From Candidatus Angelobacter sp. (GTDB lineage: Bacteria > Acidobacteriota > Terriglobia > Terriglobales > Acidobacteriaceae): a stretch of DNA of 64,000 bases. The DNA is taken from contig DASTCT010000086.1 in assembly GCA_035710845.1 (NCBI GenBank), forward strand, positions 3,067 through 67,066, written 5' to 3'. A program made the position numbers and the translations under genes. Positions 10,220-19,206 of the stretch are shown piece by piece. The notes beneath the pieces were generated by a model, which ran no database searches, was not told where the DNA came from, and worked only from the letters and a program-made list of their open reading frames with translations. How positions within the stretch are numbered: position 1 is the stretch's first letter; every line of letters begins with the position of its first letter.

Positions 10220-11011
10220 ATGCAGGCACGACTTTTGCTTGGTCTGGTGCTGTTAGCGTCGTTCAGCTGGGGCGAGACGTTCGACAAACCCGTGCGCAAA
10301 CAACGCGTCAATCTGGGAAAGGCGGCTAATCCCCTCAGCGGCCGGAACCGCGTAACCTGCTACTACTTTCCTCATTTCATGGTGAAAGAGGTCGACCTGG
10401 GCGAGGTTGGCGCGGAGCGGCTTGGGATTGTGCGTAGGACGCCGCAAAGCACCGGCAAGTGCACGCGCGCCCGCGGCAAGGAAGAGATGGTGGTTCCCGT
10501 GAAAGAATGGAGCGGGTATTTCATGGGCGTGAAGAACGGCTATGTCTTCTTCTCCGGCGATGACAGCTGGAATGGCGCCACACCGTTCGCGATCTTTGAT
10601 TCGAAAACCGGTAAAAAACTTTTTGAGGATTCCGCAAAGGCCAACATCAGTTTCGTGACCAGGCCGGACCAAGCGATCGCCATGCAGTACGTGCGCGTGG
10701 TAACTGACGATTGTCTTATTTTGAAAGATGCCGCGTGCTGGCAGCGCATGGCGGCGAAATATGGTTTAGCCGCCGCAACTGCTCCTGATTGCAAGAAGGG
10801 CTATGAAGCCAGCGCGGAAGAAATGGCCAAAGGGCGCTGCACCGGAAAACCGGGTGCGCCAGCAGCATGCGTCGAAAAAGAGCGCCCTCTGGTGCTGAAG
10901 CAGGCGCTGGATTCGCCTTCCGTAATTTCCTATCCCGTCGAGGTTGACCTGGGAGCAACGCCGGTCACCAAGCCAGCGGGAGCCGCCGTGGGCTGCTGGC
11001 CTGCCGACTGA
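10220..11011 (+). CDS. Secreted hypothetical protein
   Basis: Signal peptide MQARLLLGLVLLASFSWG and a long ORF with consistent coding character. Confidence 0.55.
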   Translation: MQARLLLGLVLLASFSWGETFDKPVRKQRVNLGKAANPLSGRNRVTCYYFPHFMVKEVDLGEVGAERLGIVRRTPQSTGKCTRARGKEEMVVPVKEWSGYFMGVKNGYVFFSGDDSWNGATPFAIFDSKTGKKLFEDSAKANISFVTRPDQAIAMQYVRVVTDDCLILKDAACWQRMAAKYGLAAATAPDCKKGYEASAEEMAKGRCTGKPGAPAACVEKERPLVLKQALDSPSVISYPVEVDLGATPVTKPAGAAVGCWPAD

Positions 11012-11045
11012 ATCCGGTGCGCCATGCTCTGAAGCATGGCTTAGG

Positions 11046-11555
11046 CTATATGGGTTGGATTGAGTCGCGTGTTTGATTGCTTTTCAGTTTGATAATTGCC
11101 TGCTCGTATGCCGTGCGCAGTTCCGGATCTGTTTCCTGCAGCATGTCCAGATGCAATGTTTCAATCATTCTTGCCCTGTCGGCATCTGGATCACTCTTGA
11201 TCAATTCGCGCCCAGTCAAACTGCATGGCAAAGATTGCGTCTTTTTGCGGTCAATCGAAATCACAAACCATATGATGGTAATGATCGCAATGTGCAGAGG
11301 ACGGCCTACGAAATGTGACTTTTCCCGGAAATCCGGAGGCAAAGTCAGTAGCCAGCCGAAAATGGCAGACCTGATGAGCAAACGCAAGTGTTTGCGCCAG
11401 GCGATGGCTGCCACGACCTGACGCCAGTACCATGCATTGGATTTTCCCTGGCTGAAAGCTTCCTGCAAGTCGCCTGCTAGAGCTTCCAGATTGGTTTCAG
11501 GACCAAAATATTTCAACAGCCATACGGCCAGACGGGGTGGATATGAGAGCTTCAT
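11046..11555 (-). CDS. Membrane protein with acidobacterial permease-prefix N-terminus, coupled to PadR
   Basis: ATGA overlap with the PadR stop at 11552-11555. N-terminus MKLSYPPRLAVWLLKYFGP..LAGDLQEAF resembles the prefix seen on PadR-linked ADOP/FtsX-like proteins. Two hydrophobic helices. Confidence 0.6.
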   Translation of the reverse strand: MKLSYPPRLAVWLLKYFGPETNLEALAGDLQEAFSQGKSNAWYWRQVVAAIAWRKHLRLLIRSAIFGWLLTLPPDFREKSHFVGRPLHIAIITIIWFVISIDRKKTQSLPCSLTGRELIKSDPDADRARMIETLHLDMLQETDPELRTAYEQAIIKLKSNQTRDSIQPI

Positions 11556-11902
11556 GAGTGCACTCCTTCCAGTTCCGGCAAACCTCGCCATAGCCTTATC
11601 AGCGCCTGCTGTGTTTCCCGAACCATACCCTGTCCGCTCGGAGTAATGCGGAAATAGCGCTTGGCCCTCCCGCCGCGCTCTGCCGTCGGCTTGCCCAGAT
11701 GCGAGGTGACATATCCTCTGGCTTCAAGACGCTCCAGCGCGGCATATACGCTGCCCAGCGCAACTTCGCGGCAAGACTCCTGTTCTATGATCCGCGATAT
11801 GGGAATACCATACGCGTTGTCTCTCAGCCGCATTACGGCCAGCATCACCATCAGTTCAAAATCTCCGAGATGACCCTGCTTTGGCATTTCTTCAATTATC
11901 AA
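11552..11902 (-). CDS. PadR-family transcriptional regulator
   Basis: Winged-helix pattern FELMVMLAVMRL..YGIPI..GSVYAALERLEARGYV...RRKYF-like RAKRYFRITPSG. The start could instead be 11887. Confidence 0.85.
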   Translation of the reverse strand: MIIEEMPKQGHLGDFELMVMLAVMRLRDNAYGIPISRIIEQESCREVALGSVYAALERLEARGYVTSHLGKPTAERGGRAKRYFRITPSGQGMVRETQQALIRLWRGLPELEGVHS

Positions 11903-12101
11903 GAATTAATCAGTTTTAGGCAAGATATTGCTATTTGTCGCGAGACGAACCGCTCTGGCTCAAAAAGGCCTTGAACCTGGCAGACCGGTCGCAACATCAA
12001 ATGGATTGACCAATTCTGCCTGACTCTTTAAGGTAGAAATAGCTCTTTGACAATCAGGACTGGCAACAAGTCCTGTTTCCGCATGCAGTTCGCCAACATT
12101 T

Positions 12102-12474
12102 GGGGGCGTCACGGCTTCGACGGAAATGCTTGCGGCCAGGAGGCATACCGGGGCGCATTCCCCCGTAAGTGGTGCAAAAACAATAATTGCCAACTCTAAC
12201 CAGTTTGCATACGCTGCTTAATTAACTAAGTAGCCGCTCTCCACAGCTTCGCCTATGGGCTGTGAAAGGGCGTCACACAGTAGGCTCATCTGTTGGCCCT
12301 ACGTCCGGGGGCCTCCGGAAAAATCAACGGGCTAGCGATCTGCGTTTCTTGTCCGTTCTAAGCGCAGAACGCGAATCTGGCGGGGTAACTCCCGTCGGGT
12401 GAACTGGACTAAGTATGTAGGCTCTTGACCAGTAACGTTTTCGGACGTGGGTTCAACTCCCACCGCCTCCACCA
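12102..12474 (+). ncRNA. ssrA: tmRNA (SsrA), tag reading frame GCC..TAA at 12189-12221 encoding ANSNQFAYAA
   Basis: 5' end GGGGGCGTCACGGCTTCGACGG pairs with 3' end GGACGTGGGTTCAACTCCCACCGCCTCCACCA (tRNA-like domain with CCA). The tag ORF is preceded by an A-rich tract, as in E. coli ssrA. Confidence 0.9.
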
Positions 12475-12561
12475 AATAACCAGCCGCTAGCAGTTTGCTT
12501 GACCATTGCGTCTTCTGCAGTTGACCTCTTCGACACCCAAAATCTGAGTTCTCAAAGCTTA

Positions 12562-13092
12562 TCAGTTCGGGCTGTGTTCTTTTTTTCGAATTGGTGCCTG
12601 CATTTTGAATTTCACGGTATTTGTGCGCAGCCATTTGCGCGAGTATGGGTCCTGGACCTCCGCATAGACGGTATATTCTCCCGGAGCACTGAGATCGTAG
12701 AGATAGGTCAACTGGAATCTGCGATCATCTGATCTCCCGGGAGAAATACTCCAGACTGAGTTTTCATCTGCTCGCAGGGGCACATCCCCTGCTTTATATC
12801 TCCCAGTCATCTGCCGCTCGACCAGCGTCGTTGGCGCTTCCCCCTTGTCTCCCTCCACGTACACCCTATACATGTGGTTGTGGATCTCAATTGTTTCATC
12901 CGTCACATTCTCGACACTCAAGATGGCCCATGGTGACTGACCAACAGGAACCTGCTGTTCCTTGATACTGAGGCTTACGGCAATCGAGTTCTGCTTCGAT
13001 GCTGAAGCCGCATTTTGCGCTCCGATTGAAATGCTACTGATAACGATTGTTGCGATAATGGCCAGTCGCATCGTTCTCATGAGGACATTCAT
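12562..13092 (-). CDS. Secreted hypothetical protein
   Basis: Internal start MNVLMRTMRLAIIATIVISSISIGAQN gives a clean signal peptide. Confidence 0.6.
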   Translation of the reverse strand: MNVLMRTMRLAIIATIVISSISIGAQNAASASKQNSIAVSLSIKEQQVPVGQSPWAILSVENVTDETIEIHNHMYRVYVEGDKGEAPTTLVERQMTGRYKAGDVPLRADENSVWSISPGRSDDRRFQLTYLYDLSAPGEYTVYAEVQDPYSRKWLRTNTVKFKMQAPIRKKEHSPN

Positions 13093-13267
13093 CTCACTAG
13101 GCCCCTCTCGAAAGACAAGTCGACAGCTACAAGGTAAGTACGGGGCCGGAGAGGTTTCTTGCAGACTATATTGGGCTTTTGTTCGCAGTAAGAAGCCGTT
13201 TAATGCGTACCCTTTCGCTAACGCAAAGGGTGGGCAGACAATCAAGCAATGTGCCGGGATGGTGGCT

Positions 13268-13756
13268 TCAGTCCTTGTCCAGATACTCTTCTGGCACGTC
13301 ATCCTCAGGAACTTCGCGCGTCCTGACCTCACCCTCATCGGCGTCAGGAGCATCTTCCACGCCGCCTACGGCTTCGGCTTCCAGGTACTGCCCTTCTTCC
13401 ATGAGTTCTTCAACGCTCTCTGAATCGCTGTACTCACGGCGGGAAAGACCTTGCGTATCTCCGGATTGTCCGCCGGATTCTGCGCCCAGGCCTCTGCGGC
13501 TCTCAAGATCGGCTGTTTCTCGCGTGCGGGACGCGGCGCCACCGGTGCGGCGCGATGATGACTTCTTTTTTGCCGCTTTCTTCAAGATCGGCGCGGCCTT
13601 TTTTGCCGCTTTCGCCGGCTTCTTCCTGGCCGGCACGCGCTTTTTCAGCGTGGCTTTCTTCTTCGCAGGCTTCTTCTTTGCGACGAGTTTCTTTTTCTGG
13701 GCTGGCTTTCTCTTGCTGACACTCTTCTTTTTGCGAGCTGCTTTTTTCCTGGCCAT
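13268..13756 (-). CDS. Histone H1-like lysine-rich protein with acidic C-terminal domain
   Basis: N-terminal ~70 aa are K/A/P/R low complexity (MARKKAARKKKSVSKRKPAQKKKLVAKKKPAKKK...). C-terminus is strongly acidic (EELMEEGQYLEAEAVGGVEDAPDADEGE..EDDVPEEYLDKD). Confidence 0.75.
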   Translation of the reverse strand: MARKKAARKKKSVSKRKPAQKKKLVAKKKPAKKKATLKKRVPARKKPAKAAKKAAPILKKAAKKKSSSRRTGGAASRTRETADLESRRGLGAESGGQSGDTQGLSRREYSDSESVEELMEEGQYLEAEAVGGVEDAPDADEGEVRTREVPEDDVPEEYLDKD

Positions 13757-13813
13757 GCCGCAAGTTTATCAAAACTGAATCAGGCGGAGCATCTTGCCGC
13801 AAAAAACCTGATT

Positions 13814-13834
13814 TAAAAAAGGCGAGGGTCGCCT
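13814..13834 (-). terminator. Rho-independent terminator after the 13859-14050 gene
   Basis: aggcga-ggg-tcgcct hairpin followed by TTTTTT on the minus strand. Confidence 0.6.
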
Positions 13835-13858
13835 TACCAATCAAATGCCACTCTACGC

Positions 13859-14050
13859 TTAGAAGCCGGTTAATTTTGCCATCGTTTCCAGATAATCGTT
13901 ATAGCTCTCGTCCTGGAACCGCTTGTGAGAGTCTGCTTTGGAACTCATCAGGAACAGTTGGATTTTTTCAACGGTTCTCTCGATCCAGGGTCTTGAAGGC
14001 TCCCGGCTGATAATGGCGCGAACTTCAACAACTTTGGTGGCCGTATTCAT
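13859..14050 (-). CDS. Small hypothetical protein (63 aa)
   Basis: Strong AAGGAG site 8 nt upstream of the ATG, and its own terminator. Confidence 0.55.
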   Translation of the reverse strand: MNTATKVVEVRAIISREPSRPWIERTVEKIQLFLMSSKADSHKRFQDESYNDYLETMAKLTGF

Positions 14051-14770
14051 ATCTTTTTCTCCTTAGCACGGTTGTGACCAGCTTTTGTTCCGGCTCACGC
14101 TTTTGAAAGCCGGCTAAAAAGCGGTCTCAATTGTTTAAGCATTTTTCTGGTTTTTATTTCGTGAATTTCTGGAAAGGCCCGGAAATTCCATCTGATCCGG
14201 TTTAGTAATGCGGTATCGGGCGTAAATCGTTCGATCTACCCCGATACCGAAGGCCATCAAAACAGCAGGCATCGCAGGATTAAAAACCCATCACAATGCC
14301 ATCTCGTTCATAATCCGCAAAGATGCTGCACCAGCCCTTTCTTTCTGACGTGCTCGTTCCCTTCTTTCCGGAAATCGATCTCCGCTTGGTCCTGGCCCAG
14401 CGAAAAGAAGCAATTGGTGAACTTAAAAGTAGCCTGATACGTTCCAGGGTTCTCAGAAATCTGGTCCATCCTCGTTGCCGCAAGTCTTCATGGGCCTTGC
14501 CAGCAGAGATCACAAATGGGCCGCCATAGGGCCGTACAGCTTTTTTCATCCGCGCATTCATCTGGTACCCATACTCCTTTTAGGACACGAAATCCGTTTT
14601 TTAAGACCCACTGCAAGCCGCGACTGCTAAAGCTCAGCTCCGCAGAGGTCTTACTTCATTAAGCTGTTTGATAGTGTTTTATTTCGTGGGATAGTTTCTT
14701 TGAATGGATAGATTTCTTTAGGAAAGTTGGGCGGAATCGCGCTCTGGAAAGAGAAAAGTTACGGCGATTG

Positions 14771-15421
14771 TTACGCTGCGGTATCTACGATCACTACTAA
14801 ACGAATGGGGCCGTGCGCGCCCTGCACCAGGATTTTCTCGATGTCGGCGGTCCGGCTGGAGCCGCTGATAACGCACGCATATGAGTTGTTCTCCAGGCGT
14901 TGCTCCACAATGGCATTACGCAACGCCGTTTCCAGGTCAGGCACAAGCTGTGAAACCTGTCCAACTACAATGTGGCAGGGCGCAACCACGGATGCTCCGC
15001 GCCCTCCGCATGATGCGCTCACAAAAACTGATCCAGTCTGCGCGATGAGAGCATCAGCCAGGGTAACAGTCGCTTGTGAGCTTTCTTTGGGGGCACCCTC
15101 GCTTGACCAACGTACCACCCGCTTTGTTCCTGCTGCATCAATTATCCTCCGCAATCCGGGCTCATCTTGTACGTAGATCTCTCCTTGCGGCAGGCTCTGC
15201 AGCACCTGGGCCAACGTTTGCGCGCTGGCCGATTGTCCTTCAGCCAATAGGCACTCCATCAGATTGGCCTTACACTCTTGCTGGAAGCGATCCAGCGGGT
15301 TCTCTACGGGTTCAAAAATCTGGACTTCAAACTTTCGGTCATCATATTCCAGCGCAGGCACCTGCAATCCCGCGCGTATGCGCTCCAGTATTTGTTCCCG
15401 GCTTGGATTGCTTATTGCCAA
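14771..15421 (-). CDS. lutC: Lactate utilization protein C (LUD domain)
   Basis: ISGSSRTADIEKILVQGAHGP motif. Follows lutA and lutB. Confidence 0.85.
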   Translation of the reverse strand: MAISNPSREQILERIRAGLQVPALEYDDRKFEVQIFEPVENPLDRFQQECKANLMECLLAEGQSASAQTLAQVLQSLPQGEIYVQDEPGLRRIIDAAGTKRVVRWSSEGAPKESSQATVTLADALIAQTGSVFVSASCGGRGASVVAPCHIVVGQVSQLVPDLETALRNAIVEQRLENNSYACVISGSSRTADIEKILVQGAHGPIRLVVIVDTAA

Positions 15422-15436
15422 AATGATTTCTCTTTT

Positions 15437-16864
15437 CTATTTCTTTGCTGCGTTCTTCTGCACAAGGCCCTTCTTCCACATCTTGCGGAATGATTGCGAT
15501 GGCAGCGGTATCGGTGTGCGTTTCCTGCTCCAGGCGCGCAGTGGATCGGCGGCTGTCCCTGCTAATCCCAGCCCGTAAAGCACACGCAAACCGCGCCGCA
15601 TCATCCATCCGCCAAGCGCATATAGACGAGGATTAAGCATGGCCCTGCGCCATAATTTGAATTGTGTGCGTCCACTGGCACTATCGCCGGCAGCATAGGC
15701 GAAATCGCGGCGGTTATGCAGCAGATGATGATGCAGGTTGATATTCACCGGACAGACGCTGGTGCAAGCGCCGCACAATGACGACGCGTAAGAAAGATGC
15801 TGAAACTCGCTGCCGCGCAGATGCGGCGTAAGCACGCTGCCGATTGGGCCCTGGTACGTGGTGTTATACGTGTGCCCGCCTATATTTCGATATACAGGGC
15901 AAATATTCAGGCACGCTCCACAGCGGATGCAGTGCAGCACCTCGCGCTCCTCGGCATTACCCAGCAGTCCGCTGCGCCCATTGTCGAGAAGAACAACGTG
16001 AAACTCTTCTGGGCCGTCGGCTTCGCCCGGTTTGCGTGGCCCCGAAACCAGCGTGCTGTAGGTTGTAATCGGCTGGCCCGTGCCTGAGGTTGCAAGAGTC
16101 GGCCAGAGCGTGGCCAGATCTACCAGCCGCGGAATCACCTTCTCAATTCCCGTAATCGCCACGTGAATTCGCGGCAGGCTGGTGCTCAGCCGTCCATTGC
16201 CTTCATTGGTTGAGATCGCGACCGCACCGGAATCGGCAATAATAAAATTTGCGCCTGAGATTCCCATCTCGGCGGCAAAGAACGCTTCCCGCAGCTTGCG
16301 GCGGGCCAGCGCCACCAGCTTCTGCGGATCAGCATCAGGAATGTCTTCTCCCAGATGATCGCGGAAGAGCTCGCGAATCTGCTGCCGGTTCAGGTGCATG
16401 GCCGGCGTCACAATGTGGTACGGCGGCTCATTGCGAAGCTGCACAATGAATTCGCCCAGGTCGGTCTCCCAGACTTTAATTCCCTTCTCTTCCAGCGCCG
16501 GCCCAAGGTGAATCTCTTCTGTCACCATTGATTTTGACTTCACAATGGTGCGCACGCCGCGGCTCACCGCGAGGTCTCTAATATAGGCGCACGCCTCATC
16601 GCCATTGGCCGCCCAAAAAACATGGCCACCGTGCGCGATGACTTTTTCCTCAAACTGCAACAGGTAGCGGTCCAAGTGATTGATGGCTTCGCGCTTGATC
16701 TCCTGGCAGCGCCGCCGTGCAGCTTCCCAATCTTTAAAACGGCTGCGGCCGCGAAGATGCGCGGCATCGTAGCTCTCCATGTTCTTGCGGATGATTTCGC
16801 GATGGACAAGATCAGCCGACTTAGTGGCAGCATCACGCAGGAATTGTTTTGCGGCTGAACTCAT
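15437..16864 (-). CDS. lutB: Lactate utilization iron-sulfur protein LutB
   Basis: Two 4Fe-4S motifs CIRCGACLNICP and CGACTSVCP, with LUD-type N-terminal region. Confidence 0.9.
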   Translation of the reverse strand: MSSAAKQFLRDAATKSADLVHREIIRKNMESYDAAHLRGRSRFKDWEAARRRCQEIKREAINHLDRYLLQFEEKVIAHGGHVFWAANGDEACAYIRDLAVSRGVRTIVKSKSMVTEEIHLGPALEEKGIKVWETDLGEFIVQLRNEPPYHIVTPAMHLNRQQIRELFRDHLGEDIPDADPQKLVALARRKLREAFFAAEMGISGANFIIADSGAVAISTNEGNGRLSTSLPRIHVAITGIEKVIPRLVDLATLWPTLATSGTGQPITTYSTLVSGPRKPGEADGPEEFHVVLLDNGRSGLLGNAEEREVLHCIRCGACLNICPVYRNIGGHTYNTTYQGPIGSVLTPHLRGSEFQHLSYASSLCGACTSVCPVNINLHHHLLHNRRDFAYAAGDSASGRTQFKLWRRAMLNPRLYALGGWMMRRGLRVLYGLGLAGTAADPLRAWSRKRTPIPLPSQSFRKMWKKGLVQKNAAKK

Positions 16865-16926
16865 CGAAGCGATTCCTTCCCGTCAACAATCATCTCAATC
16901 AGTCGTTCCAACAATGCTTTTCTGAT

Positions 16927-17010
16927 CACCGGGGTCCCCGGACCGCGCCGGTTTTGCGCGGGCTGGGGTGCGATCACACGATCTCCCGATCACCAGATCA
17001 CCCGATTTCA
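16927..17010. repeat. REP-like element inside the lutB-lutA intergenic spacer
   Basis: ccggggtccccgg, hairpin ccgcgc..gcgcgg, then GATC-periodic tract gatcacacgatctcccgatcaccagatcacccgat. Confidence 0.7.
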
Positions 17011-17733
17011 TCCCTCGCTCGCCAGAATACTCGCCAGATGAATTGTCTTGGCCCGATCTTTCCGCCTTCCCAGGATTCCGTGCACGTGCATCAGGCAGCT
17101 TGGATCAATCGCTGTTACGTAGTCAGCGCCGGTTACAGCTACGCTGTCAGCTTTTTGCTCGCCCATAGCCACTGAGATGCTTTCAAACTTGGTGGCAAAT
17201 GTTCCGCCAAAACCGCAACATTCGTCAAAGCGCAGCATATCCACCAGCTTTAAACCTTTCACCCCCCGCAGCAGTTTCAGCGGTTCTTCGCGCAGCTTTA
17301 GTTCGCGCAGCCCGTGGCAAGAGGCATGATAAGTGACCGTATGCGGAAACGTGGCGCCCACGTCTGTCATGCCTAGTATCTTGACCAAAAACTCTGAAAG
17401 CTCAAACGTGCGCTTGCCCAATGAGACCGCCTCTTCGTGCGCGGGGCCGGAAGCGATCAGCTCAGGATAAAAAATGCGCACCATGGTTGTGCATGAGCCG
17501 GAAGGACACACAATGATCTCAGCATTCTTAAACACGCGCAGAAAGCGCTCTGCACAGGGCCGGGCTTCATTCCAGAAGCCGGAGTTGAACGCCGGCTGGC
17601 CGCAACAGGTCTGTTCCGGCAAATAGTTCACTTCACAGCCTGCGCGCTGCAGGACTTTCACCGTATCAACGGCCACTTCAGGTTGCAGTTGATCGACAAA
17701 GCACGGCACGAAGAGTGAGACTTTGCGGGCCAT
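17008..17733 (-). CDS. lutA: Lactate utilization protein LutA (CCG-domain Fe-S oxidoreductase)
   Basis: Duplicated cysteine-rich CCG motifs (CCGQPAFN, CCGFGGTF). Confidence 0.9.
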   Translation of the reverse strand: MARKVSLFVPCFVDQLQPEVAVDTVKVLQRAGCEVNYLPEQTCCGQPAFNSGFWNEARPCAERFLRVFKNAEIIVCPSGSCTTMVRIFYPELIASGPAHEEAVSLGKRTFELSEFLVKILGMTDVGATFPHTVTYHASCHGLRELKLREEPLKLLRGVKGLKLVDMLRFDECCGFGGTFATKFESISVAMGEQKADSVAVTGADYVTAIDPSCLMHVHGILGRRKDRAKTIHLASILASEG

Positions 17734-17845
17734 CAGTAAACTCGCGCGATTGTAGCAAACATCCTGCGCTGATGAACACTAATGGCCCCGGATTTCAGCC
17801 GTTCGTAAACATCTGACACTTTTCAGACATTTCGCGCCAGGGATT

Positions 17846-18400
17846 CTATCGGCTCGCCGGCGGCACAATGCCGTTCATGCGCAGATACTCCACCAGTTGC
17901 CCATAATGATCAGAGATGTGCCACACCGTTGCCGTAAGCGCAGAAAGCCGGTTTGTGCCCCAATATGGTCCAGGGTTTGGATGCAGCAGATTTTCAGAGT
18001 TTGTCTCGGCAATGACCTTATCAATCTGCACAAATGAATCGCGCAAATAGGCCATGATCTCCGCTTTGCTCTTCGCCGGATTCGGGCCGCCAAGGTCGCA
18101 GCGCTTCGGCGGCTTCTCGCCGGATATCTGCTTTGCCCAGGCCTCATTGCTGCAAGCCACGTGCTTTACCTGCTCGGCGAAGGTGCGGACGTTCTTGAAC
18201 TCGCCTTGCGTCGGCTTAAAGCTCCATTTATCTTCCGGCATGGCATCTGCCAGTGCTGTGAAATCATGCTCAACATCTTTCCAGATGAAATTGATTGAGT
18301 CTGGAATGGTTTTGGGCTCAGGCGGTCTCTGCTGGGCAAATCCCGCCATCGAATTCATCAGCATTGCGCCAGCTACCAACGTTAATACGCGAATCTGCAT
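17846..18400 (-). CDS. Secreted DinB-family protein
   Basis: Internal start MQIRVLTLVAGAMLMNSMAGFAQQ (signal peptide). C-terminal WHISDHYGQLVEYLRMNGIVPP is typical of the DinB four-helix metal-binding fold. Confidence 0.8.
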   Translation of the reverse strand: MQIRVLTLVAGAMLMNSMAGFAQQRPPEPKTIPDSINFIWKDVEHDFTALADAMPEDKWSFKPTQGEFKNVRTFAEQVKHVACSNEAWAKQISGEKPPKRCDLGGPNPAKSKAEIMAYLRDSFVQIDKVIAETNSENLLHPNPGPYWGTNRLSALTATVWHISDHYGQLVEYLRMNGIVPPASR

Positions 18401-18867
18401 ACGTTCCCCCACCGCTTTTCGCGGCACATCTTTCTTCAGAACGATAGAGGATAACGCTTTTGCGTATTTACATGCGTCGTATTGGCTTATTTCGCGTAAT
18501 GCGCTCCAATCATCATTGCCACCAGCACAATGATCAATACGACAATGCTGAATTCCAGAAAAACACGTTCGATATTTTGTTCCAATTGCTCCACTTTTTT
18601 CTTCTTTGTCATTTTGCGATCCCAACGCAGATCCGTTACGCCGCCGGACTAGCTTGTAAAAAGCTGGCTATGCGGGCATGGATCGTCTGGCTCCATCCGT
18701 TAAAAGCATCCCTTCAAGGAACCCGACCAAGCGCTTTGAAAAAGCTCCTGAAAGCTGCACGGCACGCATTTTGGCGCCGTTGCGCGGTGTTAGCAGCCTC
18801 AGGTGTAAGCGCAGGCAGACTTTTCAGGTTCCTTGAGGGGAACTGGTGAAAAAGCGGCGGTTTGGGA

Positions 18868-19206
18868 TCAACAACGAAGACTGGAAAGTGGATCTATGGG
18901 CGCAAGCGCTTCCCGGGCGGGCAAATCGCTTCCTGCCAAAGCAGGTTCAGAGGGCATGAAAAAATGAACTGTCAGGGTTAAAGCGGCTGCAATCGTTACA
19001 TGCGGCTGGACGGGCGTTTGCGTCGCTTTGCCAAAATGCCCTGCGCACTTGTGCTCAATCCAAATGATGGGATGATTCGCGTCGTGTCCGGCATCATCCA
19101 CCACCGCCTTAACCACAACGTCCGCTGTGACCGCAAACGTATAGAGCAATGCGGCCAGCACACAGTGCACCCACCTGGAGCGGAGTTTAAGCACGATAGG
19201 TGCCAT
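18868..19206 (-). CDS. Hypothetical protein
   Basis: ORF taken from the ATG at 19206. The upstream part of the tracked ORF is an AT-rich non-coding tract. Confidence 0.35.
   Translation of the reverse strand: MAPIVLKLRSRWVHCVLAALLYTFAVTADVVVKAVVDDAGHDANHPIIWIEHKCAGHFGKATQTPVQPHVTIAAALTLTVHFFMPSEPALAGSDLPAREALAPIDPLSSLRC

Noticed and set aside
11021-11040. The hairpin gccatgc-tctgaa-gcatggc between convergent genes, as a possible terminator.
   Set aside because: There is no U-tract on either strand. It may still act as a weak or factor-dependent terminator, but the evidence is insufficient.
11960-12634. Tracked minus-strand ORFs 11960-12193 and 12332-12634.
   Set aside because: They overlap the tmRNA gene on the opposite strand and have no coding features.
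13179-13778. The 199-aa + strand ORF rich in F/A/S.
   Set aside because: It is the antisense shadow of the lysine-rich gene (AAG/AAA codons read as CTT/TTT). The minus-strand product is biologically interpretable.
14280-14561. The 93-aa minus-strand ORF (with a competing + strand 68-aa ORF).
   Set aside because: It has no recognisable motif and an unconvincing start context (the AAGGAG upstream serves a 4-codon ATG instead). I cannot decide the strand, so it is left unannotated.
12475-14700. A genomic island integrated at the 3' end of ssrA.
   Set aside because: There is no integrase, no second copy of the tmRNA 3' end, and the downstream genes have ordinary signal-peptide or native-looking features.
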